Position numbers and translations under genes: made by a program. The notes under the pieces were generated by a model, which was not told the DNA's origin, searched no databases, and saw only the letters and a list, made by a program, of their open reading frames with translations. 27,922 nucleotides of DNA, taken from positions 1-27,922 of the IMG/VR virus record IMGVR_UViG_3300048882_000040; one strand, written 5' to 3'. Origin of the DNA: a virus (Duplodnaviria > Caudoviricetes). Shown piece by piece: positions 15,328 through 24,498 of the stretch. Within the stretch, counting starts at the first letter, position 1, and the number at the start of each line of letters is the position of its first letter.

Positions 15328-17568
15328 ATGAAAGTAGCAATTATCGACAAAGCCCCCTCTAACACTAACTATAGCACATACTTTGACTTTGAGTTTGATA
15401 ACTTACATATGTCAGATACTAAAATTAAGAAACTATTAAAGAAAGATATTACTTTAGAAGTAAATCTTGACGACTATGACTTTGTATTACTTGTAGGCTC
15501 TGAAGCAGCTAAGAACTATGCTAAAATTACTTCAGTTACTCAATATCAAGGACAATTAGTAGACGGTAAGTTCTTACCTATGATTAACCCAGGTATGCTT
15601 TCTTTTAAACCAGAAGGTAAACCAGCATTTGCACAAGCAGCTAAGAAGATTAGTAGGCATGTTGCGGGTATAGTAGATGAAGTAGTAGATGGGGAGTATG
15701 AAGGTATCGAAGATGAAGTTCGTGCTAAAGAATACTGTCAAATGGTATTAGATATGACAGATATTGATGCAATTGCAGTGGATACAGAGACTACTTCATT
15801 GTATCCTAGAGACGGTTATGTTCTTGGGATATCTTTATCACATAAAGTAGACCAAGGTGTGTACATTTCAACAGATTGTATTGATGAAGAATTAGAGTCA
15901 TTATTACAACAATTATTCATTAAGTACACAGTAGTTATGCATAATGCTAAGTTTGACTTACATATGCTTGAGTACCACTTTAACTTTAAGTTTCCTAAAG
16001 TTGATGACACAATGATTATGCATTATAACTTAGATGAAACCCCAGGTACTCACGGACTAAAAGCTTTGGCTATGAAGTATTGTAAACACTTAGGGGACTA
16101 TGATAAAGCATTAACAGAGTTTAGATCAGATTACTGTAAAACTCATAAGATTAAGCAGATGGATTTTACATATGACTTAATCCCATTTGATATCCTATCT
16201 AAGTACGCTGCGATTGATACAGCAGCAACTATTGAACTATATTTTAAGTTCAAACCAATTATTGATAAAAGCCCTAAACTAAAGAAAGTCTATAATGATA
16301 TTCTTATCCCAGGTATGCGTTTCTTAAAAGAGATGGAAGATAACGGAGTACCTTTTGATAAAGATAGACTAGTAAAAGGCCAAACTAAAATGGCAGAACA
16401 AATTAAGGTACTACAGGATAACTTATACTCCTACGAGGAAGTACATAAGTTTGAGGAAAACCAAAGCAAAATATTTAACCCTAATTCTCCTATGCAATTA
16501 AGAGTTCTTCTTTTTGACATATTGGGTCTAGTACCCGTACCGGGAAAGAAGACCGGTACTGGAGCAATTAGTACGGATGCGGAAGTCTTGGAAATTCTAT
16601 CTAAAGAACACGAGCTACCTGGAGCTATCTTGGGTATTCGTAGAGCTAGTAAGATTAAAAACACATACTTAGATAAGATTATCCCCGCACTTGATGCAGA
16701 TAAAAGACTAAGAACAGGATTTAACTTAACATCTACAACCTCGGGACGTCTGAGTTCAAGCGGTAAGCTTAACATGCAGCAACTACCTAGAGATAACAAG
16801 ATTGTTAAGTCGTGTATTAAAGCACGCCCAGGGTACAAGATTGTATCCCAGGATTTAGCAACAGCAGAAATGTATGTAGCTGCAATTCTATCGGGGGATA
16901 AAGCACTACAAGATGTATTTATCAGTGGAGGAGACTTCCATAGTTCAATGGCACATAGAATCTTCCAACTACCTTGTGCAGTTGAAGAAGTATCCAAAAA
17001 GTTTAAGAAAAAGCGTCAAGCTGCTAAAGCTATTTCGTTTGGTATCTTATATGGTTCCGGACCGCAGAAAGTTGCGGAAACTGCTGGAGTTAGTTTGGGA
17101 GAAGCTAAAGACGCTATTAAGGACTACTTTGAAACATTCCATAGGCTAAAGAGTTGGTTAGATGAGTCGCAGAGAGCAATCAAGCAGAACCAGTTTATCT
17201 ATAGTGCACTAGGAAGAAAGCGTAGAGTTCCTAATGTTATATCCACGGATAGAGCAGTAGTAGGTCACGAAGTACGAAGTGCAGTAAACTTCTTAATCCA
17301 ATCAGTAGCTTCCGATATTAACCTATTAGCCGCTATTGATATGCAAAACTATATTAAAGAGCGTGGTATGAAAGCTAAGATATTTGCTTTAGTACATGAC
17401 TCGGTATTAGCAGAAGTTCCAGAAGATGAGTTAAATGAGTATAATGCTAAGTTAGCAGAATTGACACAGTTAGACCGAGGAGTAAGTATTCCTGGTACGC
17501 CTGTGGGGATTGATATTGAAATTGGAGACGATTACTCATTTACTGACCCAGAAGAAGTTTGGGGATGA
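15328..17568 (+). CDS. pol: Family A DNA polymerase with 3'-5' exonuclease
   Basis: Exo DTET, HNAKFD, YAAID; SGRLSS; motif A DLATAE; motif B RQAAKAISFGILYG; motif C VHDS. Confidence 0.97.
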   Translation: MKVAIIDKAPSNTNYSTYFDFEFDNLHMSDTKIKKLLKKDITLEVNLDDYDFVLLVGSEAAKNYAKITSVTQYQGQLVDGKFLPMINPGMLSFKPEGKPAFAQAAKKISRHVAGIVDEVVDGEYEGIEDEVRAKEYCQMVLDMTDIDAIAVDTETTSLYPRDGYVLGISLSHKVDQGVYISTDCIDEELESLLQQLFIKYTVVMHNAKFDLHMLEYHFNFKFPKVDDTMIMHYNLDETPGTHGLKALAMKYCKHLGDYDKALTEFRSDYCKTHKIKQMDFTYDLIPFDILSKYAAIDTAATIELYFKFKPIIDKSPKLKKVYNDILIPGMRFLKEMEDNGVPFDKDRLVKGQTKMAEQIKVLQDNLYSYEEVHKFEENQSKIFNPNSPMQLRVLLFDILGLVPVPGKKTGTGAISTDAEVLEILSKEHELPGAILGIRRASKIKNTYLDKIIPALDADKRLRTGFNLTSTTSGRLSSSGKLNMQQLPRDNKIVKSCIKARPGYKIVSQDLATAEMYVAAILSGDKALQDVFISGGDFHSSMAHRIFQLPCAVEEVSKKFKKKRQAAKAISFGILYGSGPQKVAETAGVSLGEAKDAIKDYFETFHRLKSWLDESQRAIKQNQFIYSALGRKRRVPNVISTDRAVVGHEVRSAVNFLIQSVASDINLLAAIDMQNYIKERGMKAKIFALVHDSVLAEVPEDELNEYNAKLAELTQLDRGVSIPGTPVGIDIEIGDDYSFTDPEEVWG

Positions 17569-18065
17569 TTGGAAAACCTTTAGAAAACATTAAGTACCCT
17601 GTATACCCTTTAAGAGGGTATACAAAGATAACTGATATTAATGGAGTGGTCAAAGTATATACTCAGTACAAAATGTATATTATAGATGACCGAAACTTAG
17701 AGGGGGAAAATTTAGGTGAGCGCCGACTACGATTGAAAAAGTTCAAATATCCGTTACTTAAGAGCATATGTACTGCCAAAGATGTAATTATGAGTACTAA
17801 GAAGGTTTTTATAGATGATGAGGGTACGATATTCAAATATGTAAAGACTAGAAAGGCGAGGCTCATGTACAGACAGATAGCTGAGTTAATAAGACTACCT
17901 TTTGGTAGCACAAAGATTTTAGTAAGAGGTATAAACTCCCCTTTCATTATGGCACAGGAAATACCTAATGTGTATGCCTATGCAGGACTACTACAGATTG
18001 ATGGAGGTTACATACTGTACGAAGTATCACAGAAGAAGAAGGAGGACTCATGGCGAAAAGTATAA
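17565..18065 (+). CDS. Conserved T5-like hypothetical protein between pol and D10
   Basis: ATGA overlap with pol stop; syntenic with T5. Confidence 0.75.
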   Translation: MIGKPLENIKYPVYPLRGYTKITDINGVVKVYTQYKMYIIDDRNLEGENLGERRLRLKKFKYPLLKSICTAKDVIMSTKKVFIDDEGTIFKYVKTRKARLMYRQIAELIRLPFGSTKILVRGINSPFIMAQEIPNVYAYAGLLQIDGGYILYEVSQKKKEDSWRKV

Positions 18066-19351
18066 ATAAAGCAGTTCTTAGTAATAGAATATATCTTAAT
18101 GTAAATGATGACTTAGTAGAAATACTAGAAAGAACTTTAACATATGAGATAGAACAAAAAACTGGTAATCCTTTAGACTCTAATGTTTTAATAATTAGAA
18201 ACGCTATTAGAATTAATAAAGACTTATACTCTATACCTAGTGGCAGAGCAGACTTAATTCCTAGTGACTATACGATAGTAGATAAACAAATAAAACTTAA
18301 GGCTAATTTCCCTAAGTTCAAGTTTACTTTAAGACCCAGCCAACAAAAGATATATGATGAAGTAACAGGCTCTTGTTTAATTAATGCTCCAGTTAGTTAT
18401 GGAAAAACCTTTCTAGGTTTAGCAATCGCTGCCAAGATGGGGTACAAAACATTAGTCATTGTACATACCATAGCATTAAGAGACCAATGGGCTAAGGAAG
18501 TGGAGAAATGCTTTGGTTTTAAGCCGGGAATTATTGGCTCTGGTAAGTTTGAAATAGACACTCCTATCGTTTTAGGTAATATTCAGACTATACGAAAGAG
18601 AGTACCAAAACTAATAGAAGCCTTTGGTACTATACTAGTAGACGAGTGTCACCATACCCCTGCAGCAACTTTTACTGATGTACTAAATAAAATAAAAGCA
18701 ACAGTAAAAATAGGCCTATCTGGCACACTGCAGAGAAAAGATAATAGGCACGTAGTATTAAAAGACTACTTTGGATTTACATTGTTTCAGCCTCCGGTTG
18801 AGAACTCAATGAAGCCCGAAATATTTATACTAAATACAGGTATATTCTTTAGTAGTAATAGAAACATTCCGTGGGCTATTAGAGTAAATGATCTAGTAGC
18901 TAGGGCGGATTATAAAAAATTAGTCGCTGATGTTGCCCAAACACAGGCAATAAAAGGACATAAAGTATTAGTAGTAGCAGATAGAGTACAATTCCTAGAA
19001 GATATATCGGAATTATGTGGTTCTAATGCTATGACTATAACGGGCAAGACAGAGAATAGAGACGAGATGTTGAAATCTATTGACACAGATAAAGATATTT
19101 TATGTGGTAGTATTAGTATTTTTTCAGAGGGTATTTCATTAAACTCTCTCTCATGCTTAATTCTTGCAACACCTATTAATAATGAACCTATGTTAACACA
19201 ACTCATAGGTAGAATTATTAGAATAAAAGAGGGTAAGAAGACACCAGAAGTTATTGACTTGAACCTGAAAGGTTCTACTGCTAATAACCAGGCTACTGCA
19301 CGAGCGGGATTATACCTAAAATTGGGTTATAAAATGCATAACCTAACTTAA
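18050..19351 (+). CDS. D10: SF2 helicase (T5 D10-like)
   Basis: LRPSQ, PVSYGKT, DECHH, GLSGT, FSEGIS, QLIGRIIR. Confidence 0.92.
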   Translation: MAKSINKAVLSNRIYLNVNDDLVEILERTLTYEIEQKTGNPLDSNVLIIRNAIRINKDLYSIPSGRADLIPSDYTIVDKQIKLKANFPKFKFTLRPSQQKIYDEVTGSCLINAPVSYGKTFLGLAIAAKMGYKTLVIVHTIALRDQWAKEVEKCFGFKPGIIGSGKFEIDTPIVLGNIQTIRKRVPKLIEAFGTILVDECHHTPAATFTDVLNKIKATVKIGLSGTLQRKDNRHVVLKDYFGFTLFQPPVENSMKPEIFILNTGIFFSSNRNIPWAIRVNDLVARADYKKLVADVAQTQAIKGHKVLVVADRVQFLEDISELCGSNAMTITGKTENRDEMLKSIDTDKDILCGSISIFSEGISLNSLSCLILATPINNEPMLTQLIGRIIRIKEGKKTPEVIDLNLKGSTANNQATARAGLYLKLGYKMHNLT

Positions 19352-19360
19352 AAATATTAC

Positions 19361-19389
19361 TTGACAAAATGGTCAAACTTTGGTATAAT
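19361..19389 (+). promoter_or_regulatory. Sigma70-type early promoter
   Basis: TTGACA-17 nt-TATAAT. Confidence 0.9.
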
Positions 19390-19401
19390 ATGCTTTGATA
19401 A

Positions 19402-19797
19402 ATGATAAAATATAATTGGAAAAAAGTTAAGCAATGCGCGGGTGGTAAGCCCAAGGTTGTACTAGCTTTAATGTATTTACTAACGAGAGGTGTTGTACCC
19501 ACAAAATGGGGCAAGTACCTAAGAGATTTAAATCTAAAAGGAATACAAGGAGATAGTTTTATTTTAAACCCCGAGGAACTATTAGAGTCTTTAGACTCCT
19601 ATAGTGAATCAGATGTTATAATGTATATTCACTTAGCTAGCCTAAGGAATTATGCGACTTATCGTTTAGAAGGTAAAGCAATTTTACCGCTTTTACATGC
19701 TGATATACATGAAAAATATATACAACAAAACGGACTACTAGAGATAGTAGGAAATACAATACAATTTAAATACGAGGAAACACAAAATGGCAATTAA
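19402..19797 (+). CDS. Hypothetical protein upstream of D11
   Basis: 131-aa ORF directly after the promoter, overlapping the D11 start. Confidence 0.7.
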   Translation: MIKYNWKKVKQCAGGKPKVVLALMYLLTRGVVPTKWGKYLRDLNLKGIQGDSFILNPEELLESLDSYSESDVIMYIHLASLRNYATYRLEGKAILPLLHADIHEKYIQQNGLLEIVGNTIQFKYEETQNGN

Positions 19798-20431
19798 CTT
19801 TAAAAAAATCAACGGTAAAGCAAAGAAAGGCGGAGCAGAACTATTAACATTAGTTGATGGAGATAATACTTTTAGAATGGTTGGAGACATTGTAGCACGC
19901 TACAATTACTGGGTACAAGGTTCTAACGATAAAAACCTTCCAATGGAATGTTTAGGTTTCGATAGAGAGTCTGAATCTTTTAAGAACTTAGAGAAAGACT
20001 GGGTTCGTCACTACTTTCCAGAACTTAAGTGTTCTTGGGCATACGCAGTAATGGCTATCGATCGCGCAGACGGTAAGCTAAAACTTCTTAATCTAAAGAA
20101 AAAGATGTTTGAGCAAATCCTAACTGTTGCAGAAGAGTTAGGTGACCCTACAGATACAGCTACTGGTTGGGATATTACGGTAAACCGTAAGAAGACTGGA
20201 CCATTAGCATTTAACGTAGAGTACACAGTTAAGCAAATGAAAATCAAAGCCACTCCACTTAGTGAAGCAGACAACGAGTTAATCGCAGAGTTAAAGCCGA
20301 TTGACAAAATCGTAGTTCGCCCTACTTCGGATGAGCAAAAGATTTTCATTGAACAAAATATCTTAGGCAACACTGATGAAGTAGCAGCTGAAGTAACAAA
20401 GGAGTTTGAATCTGCAGAGGATTTAGGTTAA
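19787..20431 (+). CDS. D11: Single-stranded DNA-binding protein (T5 D11-like)
   Basis: ARYNYWV, KCSWAY, LGDPTD...GWDI...KTGPLAFNVEY, acidic tail; synteny. Confidence 0.85.
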   Translation: MAINFKKINGKAKKGGAELLTLVDGDNTFRMVGDIVARYNYWVQGSNDKNLPMECLGFDRESESFKNLEKDWVRHYFPELKCSWAYAVMAIDRADGKLKLLNLKKKMFEQILTVAEELGDPTDTATGWDITVNRKKTGPLAFNVEYTVKQMKIKATPLSEADNELIAELKPIDKIVVRPTSDEQKIFIEQNILGNTDEVAAEVTKEFESAEDLG

Positions 20432-20446
20432 TAGTTACTGCTTTAG

Positions 20447-20475
20447 AAAGGGACGTATTATTGCGTCCCTTTTTT
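20447..20475 (+). terminator. Rho-independent terminator
   Basis: AAAGGGACGTA-TTAT-TGCGTCCCTTT then T run. Confidence 0.85.
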
Positions 20476-20492
20476 AATTTTAGGAGGAAAAT

Positions 20493-21434
20493 ATGAAAGT
20501 ATTATTCTCGGCGGACTGGCATATTAAATTGGGACAAAAGAATGTACCAAGAGAATGGCAGAAAAACCGATTTCACTCAATGTTCAAAAAGTTACACGAA
20601 CTAGAAAAAGACGTTGATTTAAACGTTGTGGGCGGAGACGTATTCGATAAAGTACCTAATCTAGAAGAATTAGAATTATTCTTTGAATATGTGAAAGGTT
20701 GTACTATTGAAACAATTATCTTTGACGGAAACCACGAAGCAACTAAGAAAGGGCACACCTTTCTAACCCAACTGCAAACAGTAGTTAATGGTCTAAACCC
20801 TTTGGTAAAGATTATAACAAGTAGTTGTTCTATACATAATATGGATTTCATTCCATACACAGAACTAAAAACTTTTAAAACAAAAGATTTTAGTAATCAA
20901 ATTTTATACACCCACGTACGGGGCGAGATCCCTCCACACGTATCCCCAGAGATCAATTTAGAAATTTTAGAGCATTGGGATAAAGTATTTGCAGGGGACT
21001 TACACGCCCACTCAAATAGTCAAAGAAATATAGTATACCCAGGTAGTCCTTTAACTACATCATTTCATCGAAAAGAAGTTCAAGCAGGAGTACTTATTTT
21101 AGACTCTGAAACTTTGGATTACAAGTGGATTGATTTAGAACTACCACAATTACTACGAGTAACAGTAGATAATGAAAAAGATATGGTGAAGACAGACTTT
21201 CACCACACCATTTATGAAGTTACAGGAGATTTATTATCACTAGCAGGATTAAACCTCGATAATGAATTACTAGATAAGAAAATTGTTAATAGGAATAGTG
21301 AAGCTACTCTTAATCTAAAAGATATGTCTTTAGAAGAAGAGTTATTCGAGTACCTACAGAATGTACAAAGTCTAGATATTACAAAAATAGAAAGCATACT
21401 AGGAGTATTTAATGATTTATCTAAAGACGCTTAA
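20493..21434 (+). CDS. D12: Mre11/SbcD-like nuclease (T5 D12-like)
   Basis: ADWH, GGDVFD, GNHE, GDLH, YPGSP metallophosphoesterase motifs. Confidence 0.92.
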   Translation: MKVLFSADWHIKLGQKNVPREWQKNRFHSMFKKLHELEKDVDLNVVGGDVFDKVPNLEELELFFEYVKGCTIETIIFDGNHEATKKGHTFLTQLQTVVNGLNPLVKIITSSCSIHNMDFIPYTELKTFKTKDFSNQILYTHVRGEIPPHVSPEINLEILEHWDKVFAGDLHAHSNSQRNIVYPGSPLTTSFHRKEVQAGVLILDSETLDYKWIDLELPQLLRVTVDNEKDMVKTDFHHTIYEVTGDLLSLAGLNLDNELLDKKIVNRNSEATLNLKDMSLEEELFEYLQNVQSLDITKIESILGVFNDLSKDA

Positions 21435-23211
21435 GTGGGATAACTGTTTTTCCTACGGAAAGGATAATTCAATTAACTTTGATGATTCAGCAGTTACTCA
21501 GCTAATAGGTACAAATGGTACTGGTAAAAGTAGTATTCCTTTGATACTTGAAGAAGTATTATATGGAAAGAATAATAAAGGTATTAAAAAGCAGGATATT
21601 CCTAACAGATACTTAGATGCAGGTTACCATATAGAACTAAAATTCAACGTTGATAAAGATAAGTACGAAATAGTACTAAATAGAAAGTCTAGTATCTCTT
21701 TGAAAATAGCCAAAAATGGTACTGATATTAGTAGTCATACTACTACAGCTACATACAAAACTATTGAAAACATATTAGGTTTAAACTATAAGACGTTTTC
21801 ACAACTATTCTATCAAAGTGCTTCTTCTAACTTAGAGTTTCTAAAAGCTACCGATACTAATAGAAAGAAATTTTTAATAGCGTTACTAGGTTTGGATAAG
21901 TATATTGAATTATTCGAGTTATTTAAAGATAAGCACAAAGAGTACAATTCATCTTTAGTAGCTATTGAAGCAAGTTGTTCTGTTATTGATAATTGGTTAG
22001 CAGAAAACGCTTTAGAAGATACTACTCCTATGAATATACTAGATGTTCCCGAAGATGCTGCTAAAGAAGTAGAAGAGTACGCTAAACTAAAAGGTGAGTA
22101 CGATAACGCAGAGCAAATAAATAAAGATATTAATAAGAATAATGAGTATATGAAAATGCTTAAAAATGTTGATATTGATGAAGTAATTAGGCAGGTGGAC
22201 AAACCTGAGTCCACGGACTCAGAGGTCCAAGAGAAAGGTTCTCTAACCTCGCAGTCTACTGCTAAGAAGGCTTTGATTACAAAACTATCAAAACTAGACT
22301 CTCAGTGCCCTATGTGTATGCAGTCGGTAGATGAAAAGTTTATTACAGATTTAATCTCCAAAGCTAAAGAAGTTATTAGTAGTAATACGTTACGTATTGA
22401 AGAAGTTGAAGATATAGTTACAAGTGCCAAAGCGGGGTTATTAGCATACCGCACTCACCAAAAAGTAGTAGCAGACTTCGAAAACTTAAACAACTTGGTA
22501 GATAGTACAAAAAGTACTAAGTTAGTAGATAGAGATAACGTACAAACTAAGATGGTAGTTTTGAAGGAAACAATACAACAAGTACGCAAGGATATTAAAA
22601 AAGCAATAGCTCATAATGAAAAAGCAACTGCTTTTAATACCAAAATAGACGTGATTTTAGAGCAAACTGCTGATTTTGAAGAAAAACTACGTATTAAGAC
22701 TGTAGAATTAGATGAGTTAAGAGAGTTAGCCACTATAGTAGATATACTAAAGAAATCTTTTAGTACAAACGGTTTAATAGCTTATAAGATTGAGTCTTTA
22801 GTTAAAGATCTAGAGGATGAAATAAATAAGTACCTAGCAGAATTATCCGCTGGAAGATTTCAGTTGAATTTCAATTTGAAAGGTGAGAAGTTGAATATTC
22901 AGATAATAGATGAAGGTAGAGCAGTTGAGATAGAGGCTCTATCCAGCGGGGAGTTTGGCCGAGTGAACACTGCTACATTACTTGGAATAAGAAAGGTAAT
23001 GAATATACTTTCCAAATCTAAACTAAATTTGTTAATCTTAGATGAGGTTATGGGAGTCCTAGATGACTCGGGAAAAGAAAAATTAGTTGAGATACTGCTT
23101 GATGAAACCGAGATCAATACGTTTATTGTTTCACATGAGTACACTCATCCATTGCTTAATAAAATTAATATCACAAAAGAAAACAATATATCGAGGTTAG
23201 AAAATGGTTGA
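21412..23211 (+). CDS. D13: Rad50/SbcC-like ATPase (T5 D13-like)
   Basis: GTNGTGKSS, coiled coil with CPMC zinc hook, LSSGE, LILDE, IVSH. Confidence 0.93.
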   Translation: MIYLKTLKWDNCFSYGKDNSINFDDSAVTQLIGTNGTGKSSIPLILEEVLYGKNNKGIKKQDIPNRYLDAGYHIELKFNVDKDKYEIVLNRKSSISLKIAKNGTDISSHTTTATYKTIENILGLNYKTFSQLFYQSASSNLEFLKATDTNRKKFLIALLGLDKYIELFELFKDKHKEYNSSLVAIEASCSVIDNWLAENALEDTTPMNILDVPEDAAKEVEEYAKLKGEYDNAEQINKDINKNNEYMKMLKNVDIDEVIRQVDKPESTDSEVQEKGSLTSQSTAKKALITKLSKLDSQCPMCMQSVDEKFITDLISKAKEVISSNTLRIEEVEDIVTSAKAGLLAYRTHQKVVADFENLNNLVDSTKSTKLVDRDNVQTKMVVLKETIQQVRKDIKKAIAHNEKATAFNTKIDVILEQTADFEEKLRIKTVELDELRELATIVDILKKSFSTNGLIAYKIESLVKDLEDEINKYLAELSAGRFQLNFNLKGEKLNIQIIDEGRAVEIEALSSGEFGRVNTATLLGIRKVMNILSKSKLNLLILDEVMGVLDDSGKEKLVEILLDETEINTFIVSHEYTHPLLNKINITKENNISRLENG

Positions 23212-23659
23212 TAGTAGAGCTAAAGGAAGAACTGCAGAGTACAAAGTTAGAGATTTACTAAGAAAGCGCACGGGGATAGACAAGTGGGAGCGAGTTCCTT
23301 TATCTGGAGCAGGGCACATCAAAGGAGACGTATACTTAGCTAACTCTTCTAACTACTATTGTATTGAAGTAAAGTCTTATAAAGATGACCAAATACACAG
23401 CAATCTAGTAAACGATACAAAGTCCCAGTTAGAGAAGTTTTGGGATCAAGCAGTAAGAGAGGCCAAAGAGATGACTGCGGAACCTATATTAGTATTTAAG
23501 AAAGATAGGGGCAAGTGGTTAATAGCAACAGAAGTAGGGGAAATGATTACACCAGAGTTAATCTTTCAACCAGATGAAGAAACAACATTACACATATACT
23601 TATTTGAGAAGTGGCTAGAAACTAAGCCCTCCAGTATATTTAAAAAGGAGTATGAATGA
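23204..23659 (+). CDS. D14: PD-(D/E)XK resolvase-like nuclease (T5 D14-like)
   Basis: SRAKGRTAE, RVPLSGA, KGDV, CIEVK. Confidence 0.85.
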   Translation: MVDSRAKGRTAEYKVRDLLRKRTGIDKWERVPLSGAGHIKGDVYLANSSNYYCIEVKSYKDDQIHSNLVNDTKSQLEKFWDQAVREAKEMTAEPILVFKKDRGKWLIATEVGEMITPELIFQPDEETTLHIYLFEKWLETKPSSIFKKEYE

Positions 23660-24498
23660 AATTTAACGATTTAAAAGCAGCACAAGAAAGAGACAACCTA
23701 CTAGTAGTAGATGGGCTAAATCTAGCCTTTAGATATAAACATAGTGGGTCTACTAACTTTGCAGCGGATTACTTGAGACTAATACAATCTCTTGCACAAT
23801 CTTATAGCGCTGCTAAAGTTATTGTTACTTCGGACTGGGGTAAATCGAGTTATAGACTTGCCGTAGATAAGGAGTACAAAGGTAACAGAACAAAACTTAG
23901 GGAGAAACAAACTGAAGAAGAGAAAGATGCCTTCACAGCTTTTATACAAGAGTACGATAGAACATTAAAACTAGTGGGAGAAGTCTTCCCTGTAGTTAAG
24001 TTTAAGGGTGTGGAAGCGGATGATATCGCAGCATATATTGCTAGTAAGTTTGATGATAATGAGTTAGAGCATTGTTGGTTAGTAAGTTCAGATAAAGACT
24101 GGGACTTATTAATTACCAACTTTATATCTCGTTTCTCTTATGTAACTAGAAAAGAAACCACAGTACAGAACTTCGAAGAAACACATAACTGTACTCCAGA
24201 AGAGTTCATTAGTATGAAAGCTTTAATGGGGGATACGGGAGATAATGTTCCAGGAGTTTCGGGAGTAGGTGCAAAACGTGCTTATGCTTTAATAAGAGAA
24301 TATGGTAGTGCTTTAGATATTTATGACCAAATACCTTTGCCTGGAAACTATGTATATATTAAAAACTTAAACGCTTCAGAGGATAGAATTTTAACTAACT
24401 ATGAGTTAATGGATTTACTTACATACTGTGAGGAAGCTATCGGAGAAGACAACGTAAAAGAATTGAACGAATTATTGGAGCGATATGTTAATAACTAA
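23656..24498 (+). CDS. D15: 5'-3' exonuclease/flap endonuclease (T5 D15-like)
   Basis: VDGLNLAFR, YKGNR, EADD, SSDKDW, GDTGDNVPGVSGVGAKRA. Confidence 0.95.
   Translation: MKFNDLKAAQERDNLLVVDGLNLAFRYKHSGSTNFAADYLRLIQSLAQSYSAAKVIVTSDWGKSSYRLAVDKEYKGNRTKLREKQTEEEKDAFTAFIQEYDRTLKLVGEVFPVVKFKGVEADDIAAYIASKFDDNELEHCWLVSSDKDWDLLITNFISRFSYVTRKETTVQNFEETHNCTPEEFISMKALMGDTGDNVPGVSGVGAKRAYALIREYGSALDIYDQIPLPGNYVYIKNLNASEDRILTNYELMDLLTYCEEAIGEDNVKELNELLERYVNN

Noticed and set aside
16913-17149. Alternative-frame + ORF inside pol (likewise 25581-25814 inside nrdA)
   Set aside because: Nested in conserved catalytic regions with no recognisable features; host genes are intact, so no frameshift is needed
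20301-20330. TTGACAAAAT inside D11
   Set aside because: No -10 at 17 nt spacing and no upstream AAAATA element
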